Shown: piece by piece, positions 58,201 through 64,000 of the stretch
Numbering within the stretch: position 1 is the first letter of the stretch
Layout of the letters: each line of letters opens with the position of its first letter
Assembly: GCF_032444005.1 (NCBI RefSeq)
Contig: NC_091287.1
Span: 524,210,001-524,274,000, forward strand
Direction: 5' to 3'
DNA length: 64,000 nt
Source: Ranitomeya imitator
Lineage: Eukaryota
Notes under the pieces: generated by a model
Database searches by the model: none
What the model was told of the DNA's origin: nothing
The model's input: the letters and a program-made list of their open reading frames with translations, nothing else
Translations under genes and position numbers: made by a program

Positions 58201-61200
58201 ATAACAAAAAATGGTTCTGAAGTAAAATGTTTGTAAAAAAAACCTTAAATGTTAATTTTTTCCTTCCACATTGCTTCAGTTCATGTGAAGCAGGTAAAGG
58301 GTTAATAAACTTCTTGAAAGTGGTTTGCCCACCTTGAGGGTTGTAGTTTTTAGAATGGTGTCACTTTTGGGTATTTTCTATCATATAGATCCCTCAAAGT
58401 AACTTTAAATGTGAGGTGGTCCCTAAAAAAATGGTTTTGTAAATTGTGTTGTAAAAATGAGAAATCACTGGTCAACTTTTAACCCTTATAACGTCCTAAC
58501 AAAAAAAAAATTATTTCCAAAATTGTGCTGATGTAAAGTAGACATGTGGGAAATGTTATTTATTAACTATTTTGTGTGAAACATCTCTCTGATTTAAAAG
58601 TTAACAAATTAAAAGTTTGAAAATTGCAAAATTTAAAAAATGTTCGCCATATTTTCGCTTTTTTTTCATAAATAAACGCATGCAATATCGAAGAAATTTT
58701 ACAACTAACATGAAGTACAATATGTCATGAAAAAACTATCTCAGAATCAGCGGGATCCGTTAAAGCGTTCCAGAGTTATAACCTCATAAAGGGACAGTGG
58801 TCGGAATTGTAACGGGTTAATATGAGCTCTGCAGAGATGATGGGTAATGTGTGTGTGTACAAATGGCTCAAACACACGACTGTGTATCCATTACTTAGAC
58901 AGAATAGAAGTTGCTATGTGTCTGCATTACCTGTCCATGAACTCTGTGTGTTGCCATAAGCTGCCTCTATGAAGCACCACATTTCCCCCCAAAACTGTTA
59001 TGATTCCTAACACCTATGTGAGCATGAGCCATTTCATAATGTCCAGGTACTATAATATATAAATGAAGATGGCAGTGGTGCATTAGATGTTGATATGCCC
59101 TCTAACTGTCAGGTTTAAGCAACAAGGTTGGTGCCCCGACAGTAAGTCACAAGACAGGGAACTCAGTTTTGACTAGAACAATTGCGGCAGGAGGTATGAT
59201 CTTCAAATGTTACAGCACCTTATGCAACTTGTTAGCAATATGTTTTACTCTTCACTGTCTCTTTTTCACACTTTCAGTTGTGCTTGCGCTGGATTCATCC
59301 ATTGTTCTTACTTGTAGTCTAAGGCTTTTACTTGTACCTTGCCAGGCCTCCCTGAATTCACTCCAATATCTCCTGCAAAGGTGGTATTTCACCCACCAAG
59401 TACATCCCATTGTACCCGCATTTCTATGGCTCTGTCCACAACCGGGCAATCGCATCTTTCCAGCCTCAAGAGTTCCTTCCACACCTGACTTCATGATTTT
59501 GGCACATCTCTTTGACTGCAGTTAACACAGTGGTCTTTTCTCGTAGCGTCTTCTCTTCCGTTAGTCTTCCACACCTGAGAAACTTAAAATGGCAGCCATA
59601 CGTCCAGTGATGTATCCCGAAGGAGGTCATTGTTACAGCTTACGTGCCAGCCCTTCATTTACAACTTGGAAGATGTTTCGATTTGTGTGTCACCCACCTG
59701 CTGCTCAAGACTTCCATGACTGATAAGTGGTAGGAAACAAAACAATTTATCCAATACGTCATGCTGGAAGCATTCTGATGTTGCCTACGAGCCAAACCCT
59801 CCTGTCCGAGTCAGGTGCTTCAATCCACTTGACATGTTTTTGCACCATTTGGACGTCACACATGCAGCACCGAACAACAATCATGTGCACTACTTTGGTT
59901 GGCCCGTGCACCAACCTAGGTATACTGTCCAGAGCCAGATCGCCATGTGCCATCTAACTTGTCAACCAATCCATTTCTACAGTGTAGGGTACCCAAAAGA
60001 GCACATATATTATCAGTGCTATTCCACGATGATATGCCTAACAGACACAACCCAGTAGAATATGAAGAAAAAACATTTGTGGGACCACCTGGCCAAGCAA
60101 ATATGATAGAACAGTCTCTTGAAAGAAGGGTGAAGAGCAGAAATGTCTAACCTTCCTCCAAAGATCATTTGTAAATCCAACCACCACAGTCTTTTCAGCG
60201 AAAAATAACAATATTTTTTGATTATGCATGTTTTTGCTGTTCACTTTTATACCATAAGGTGGCATTAAAATCTCAGATTGTAATTGTTGTTATAATGAAA
60301 GTGGGTCTCATACATGAAGAGGGAGAGAAGTGCTGCCATGGTCAAGAGTGTACATAAAAATCATGGGGCCCCGTATCAAAAGTCCTAATGGAGTCCCACC
60401 TAAAAAAAAAAAAAAAATTAGCAGAGTGGGCGTGATCACGACACATAGGTGCATCCACAGAAGGGCAAACCTTCAAACTTTTAAACGCAGAGAGGGACAC
60501 GCATTGCTCTGGTACATATGCGGGAATTTAGGCCCTATTGAAACGTTTTAGTGTTCTCACACACAAGGATACCCCTTTCATCACCCTCATCAAGTATGAT
60601 GTCTCTAAAAAAGAATTCAATACACTGCATGATACCTTCTTGAGGAAATCTCCCACAATACCCCCTACACAGAGCACATGATGACCCCCCTACAGAGACC
60701 CAGCAAAGTATGACGGCTCCACCGCCCCCCCTCCACAAAGTATGATGTTCCCATATTTCCCCCACACACAGTATAAGGCTCCAAAGTTCCCTCACACATA
60801 TTATGAGGCCCTAAGCAACCCTTGATATAGCATGATGTCCCTCATAGTGACTCCTGACAGCATAATGCCCCCACACAGTATGATGTTCCTACAACCCTTC
60901 ACAAAGTATAATGACCCTCATAAAGTATGATAACGAATCCACAGCTACTCATACACAGCATGATGATCTAATCGCCGTGCTCAGACTTAGATCACAGGCT
61001 AAATGTTCAAACAGGGAGCTGACGGCTCCCTCTTTGACCAATGTATTCAACTGTATCTTCATCCCAAGTACATAATCTGGAAATTATACAACACAGGGGG
61101 AATGTGGTGCCATTTGGCATCAGCCTCCCGACTCATAGGACCCATAGCAGCTACATCGCTTGCGGCGATTACCAGCACACCACTGGCCATGATATGTTTC

Positions 61201-61639
61201 AGTATCAAGAAATTATTCTAAAAAGCCAATGTGTACATACACTACATGGCCAAAAGTATATCTTTACCCAAACTCCATGGGCAGGAGTGTAGGTATAAAT
61301 AGGTGGAGGTATTAGTTATTCCAGATTTGGGACTGTAATACATGGTAACATACTACAGATGTGTAACAGCCATCATCAGATAGCGGACCATACATGTACC
61401 ACAGTACTGATGAGACACAGGCAACTTCACAAATAAACATTTATGTCCAGGCACCTTACAGGTGACCTCTCTAATTGGAGTAATTCGCTTTTTTTCTTCT
61501 CCATCTTGTCCAGACACCATGATGACTTTGGACATCCATAACTCCTTTCTGCAGACAAACATTTTCTCTGGCATATTGCAGCACAATCCAAAATGTGCCT
61601 TAAAAATAACAGTGTCATTATAATGCTCCGGAATAAAAA

Positions 61640-62360
61640 AATATCTGCCCATGCTGTGTTATGCCCTCACTCTGTCCCTCTCACTCTGCCCCACCCACAC
61701 TATCCAGTCATTATACTGTGCTCTCTTATTGCGTCCACTTACACTACACAACTTTGTCTCCTTACACTCCCCATTATACTTTTTTTCATTGCCTCACACT
61801 TTCCTCCATTCTGGCACCTCAGACTCTCACCTATACTGTACTATCCCTTCACAGTATCTCTCCCATACAGTACCATCCCATTTTCCCTCACACTGTCCCC
61901 ACAGTTTTTCACTTTTTCTACCCATATTGTCCCCTCGCATATTTCCCCATAATGTCTCCTCCCACTTTTCCCCATACTGTCCCGACACACTCCCTTCCAT
62001 ACTGTTCCCTCATAGTTTCTGACTCAAAAACTGTCCATTCACACTTTTCTCCGCCCATAGTCTCATACTCTCCCCTTACATTCACCTTATGCTTTTCTCT
62101 CTTCATACTGTCTCCTTACACTACCCAACACACTGTCCCCTCACTCCCCTCAATAAGGTAACCTCTCAATTTTCTGCCACCATATTGTCTCCTCCCACTA
62201 TTCTTTTCTATCCTTTCTCTTCACACTTGACCTCATATTCTCCTCACAATTTTCCTCTCCATATTGTCTCCTCACACATTTCCCATTCATATTGTTCCCT
62301 CACATTTTCTCTCTATCACACATCCTTATTACACTCCACCTCATAACTTCTCCAGGTACT
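61640..62360. repeat. Pyrimidine-rich degenerate minisatellite / low complexity
   Basis: Recurring CTCACA, CATACTGTC, CATATTGTC motifs; ORFs here are compositional artefacts. Confidence 0.7.
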
Positions 62361-62639
62361 GTTCCCGCATGCTTTTGCCCCTTCACAAGATCCCTCCAAT
62401 AAAACCTCAGTATCTTTGGCTCCATTGGAGCACTTCCCTTATCATCGACCAGGAAAAAAAAAGAACTTTCAAAGTTATGAGATAATATTTATTTATTCAG
62501 TGTAAACTGCTGGCAGTCAAATTCAGCATAAGGCTGGGGTCGCACTAGCATATTGCATCTGATGCGGGAACTCCTCAGCTCCTGCTCTGCTGCGAGCGGG
62601 AGCCGAGTGTCATGCATCTGTGCTCCGAGCCTCTCGCAA

Positions 62640-62821
62640 ATTTTTTTTTTACCCATTTTCCAGTACACTATGTGGTCAAAAGAAAAAAATACAACTCGTC
62701 CTGTAAAAAAACAAAGCCATCATATGTATATCTGGACAGAAATATAAGAATATGGTTCTGGAAGAAGGGGAGGAAAAAACGAAAACGCAAAAAATGGAAA
62801 AATGGCTTTGATGGGAAGGGG
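62640..62821. mobile_element. piggyBac-like terminal fragment
   Basis: Ends GGAAGGGG-TTAA; resembles the reverse complement of the 7689 left end. Confidence 0.55.
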
Positions 62822-63383
62822 TTAAATTTCCTATCATTCTAAATGTCAATGCAAAAAACATTTATTAAATTGGATAATATAATTGGAAAACTCATTAATA
62901 AGTGTAGCACTTATCGTGGGAAACTACAATTCACGGTAACAAAAAAAGTTAAAAAATTCTCTTTTTGGGAGAGAATGGAATTTAAAAAAAAATGTTATTA
63001 CTTGGACTTAAAGGGATTTTCCATTTTGAGGTTTAACATGTCATACCAGAGGGACCATATTGGGACATTAATATCGGTCCGGCTTTGGGACTTCTCTTGT
63101 CCATTGAAACATCTGAATGAATAAAATTCTAAATGTTTAAAAATCCCTTTACTCACAACCTAATTTTCTTGGTATCCGAAGGTTTCATAAGCAGGAAAAA
63201 AATTAGATTGGTGCAGAATTAATAAAGTGCATCACTTGTGTAGCAAGTAGGAAAATGTAATGTCTGTGGTGTTACGAGGAAAATGTCTATTGGTCTGTGT
63301 GGTGCGAAATGACTTATTAAAGGTGTTGCCCCCCCCCCCACGCAGACCACTGCAGCAGCCAGTGCTGGATCCATGGGGGAGAG

Positions 63384-64000
63384 TGTTGTGAATTCCGTGG
63401 CAGAGCTCCCTCCTGTGGTCACAAGTGGTACTTCGGCTGATTCTGTCTATGAGCTTCCGTTGGTGGATGTGAGTGGTACTGCGGCTTCTGAGTTTCCTTC
63501 CTCAGGTGATGTGGTGAAGTCGTTAGGTGCTGCTCTATTTAACTCCACCTAGTGCTTTGCTCCTGGCCTCCAGTCAATGTTCTAGTATTGGTCTTGCTTC
63601 CTCCTGCATCGTTCCTGTGGCCTGTCTGCTCTGCATAAGCTAAGTTTTGCTTGTGTTATTTTTGTTTGCTATTTTTTCTGTCCAGCTTGCTTTATTGGTT
63701 TTTCTTGCTTGCTGGAAGCTCTGGGACGCAGAGGGAGCACCTCCGTACCGTTAGTCGGTGCGGAGGGTCTTTTTGCCCCCTCTGCGTGGTTGTTTGTAGG
63801 GTTTTGTGTTGACCGCAAAGCAATCTTTCCTATCCTCGGTCTGTTCAGTTAGTCAGGCCTCACTTTGCTAAATCTATTTAATCTCTGCGTTTGTATTTTC
63901 ATCTCAACTCACAGTCATTATATGTGGGGGGCTGCCTTTTCCTTTGGGGTATCTCTCTGAGGCAAGGTAGGCTTATTTTTCTATCTTCAGGGCTAGCTAG
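63384..64000 (+). mobile_element. LTR of a subfamily related to the 26090-31798 Gypsy (runs off window end)
   Basis: Starts TGTTGTGAATTC and aligns with the reverse complement of 31798-31190, including GCTCTATTTAACTCCAC. Confidence 0.9.

Larger units (their letters stand above)
41213..58816. mobile_element. Large non-autonomous piggyBac-like element split by the hAT insertion (own sequence 41213-42318 and 56549-58816)
   Basis: CCCCTT start after TGAA; GGG end before TTAA at 58817; its internal ~390-bp unit continues across the hAT TSD. Confidence 0.65.

Noticed and set aside
59150-60050. ORF-rich unique-looking segment, possibly a retroelement relic
   Set aside because: No RT, integrase or gag motif could be identified with confidence; a tblastx or HMM search is needed.

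Overview
This is a eukaryotic, almost entirely transposable-element-derived window. The repeat repertoire (CR1 LINEs, Tf1/sushi-type Gypsy, hAT, TTAA piggyBac-like and Kolobok/T2-like MITEs, Harbinger MITEs, Tc1) suggests an anuran genome; that is inference, not a database result. No host protein-coding gene could be supported. Main contents: (1) the 3' end of an Academ-type DNA transposon (1-624). (2) An old Gypsy relic, solo LTRs and many MITEs (0.6-11 kb). (3) A cluster of fold-back repeats carrying hammerhead-ribozyme motifs (11.9-14.2 kb), including one canonical minimal type I hammerhead (13605-13649) inside a 461-bp insertion with a 16-bp target duplication. (4) A Harbinger MITE filled with telomere-like repeats (15158-16221). 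(5) A decayed hAT transposase (22.6-25.9 kb). (6) A near-intact two-LTR Gypsy chromovirus (26090-31798, minus) with a self-priming signature instead of a tRNA PBS. (7) A three-level nest: a TTAA piggyBac-like element (41213-58816) containing a 14.2-kb hAT transposon with an 8-bp TSD and an intact 1189-aa transposase (42319-56540), which itself carries large tandem arrays and a CR1 with an intact EN-RT ORF2 (53054-56071). (8) The start of another LTR at the window end. Coordinates were read by hand; approximate ones are flagged.
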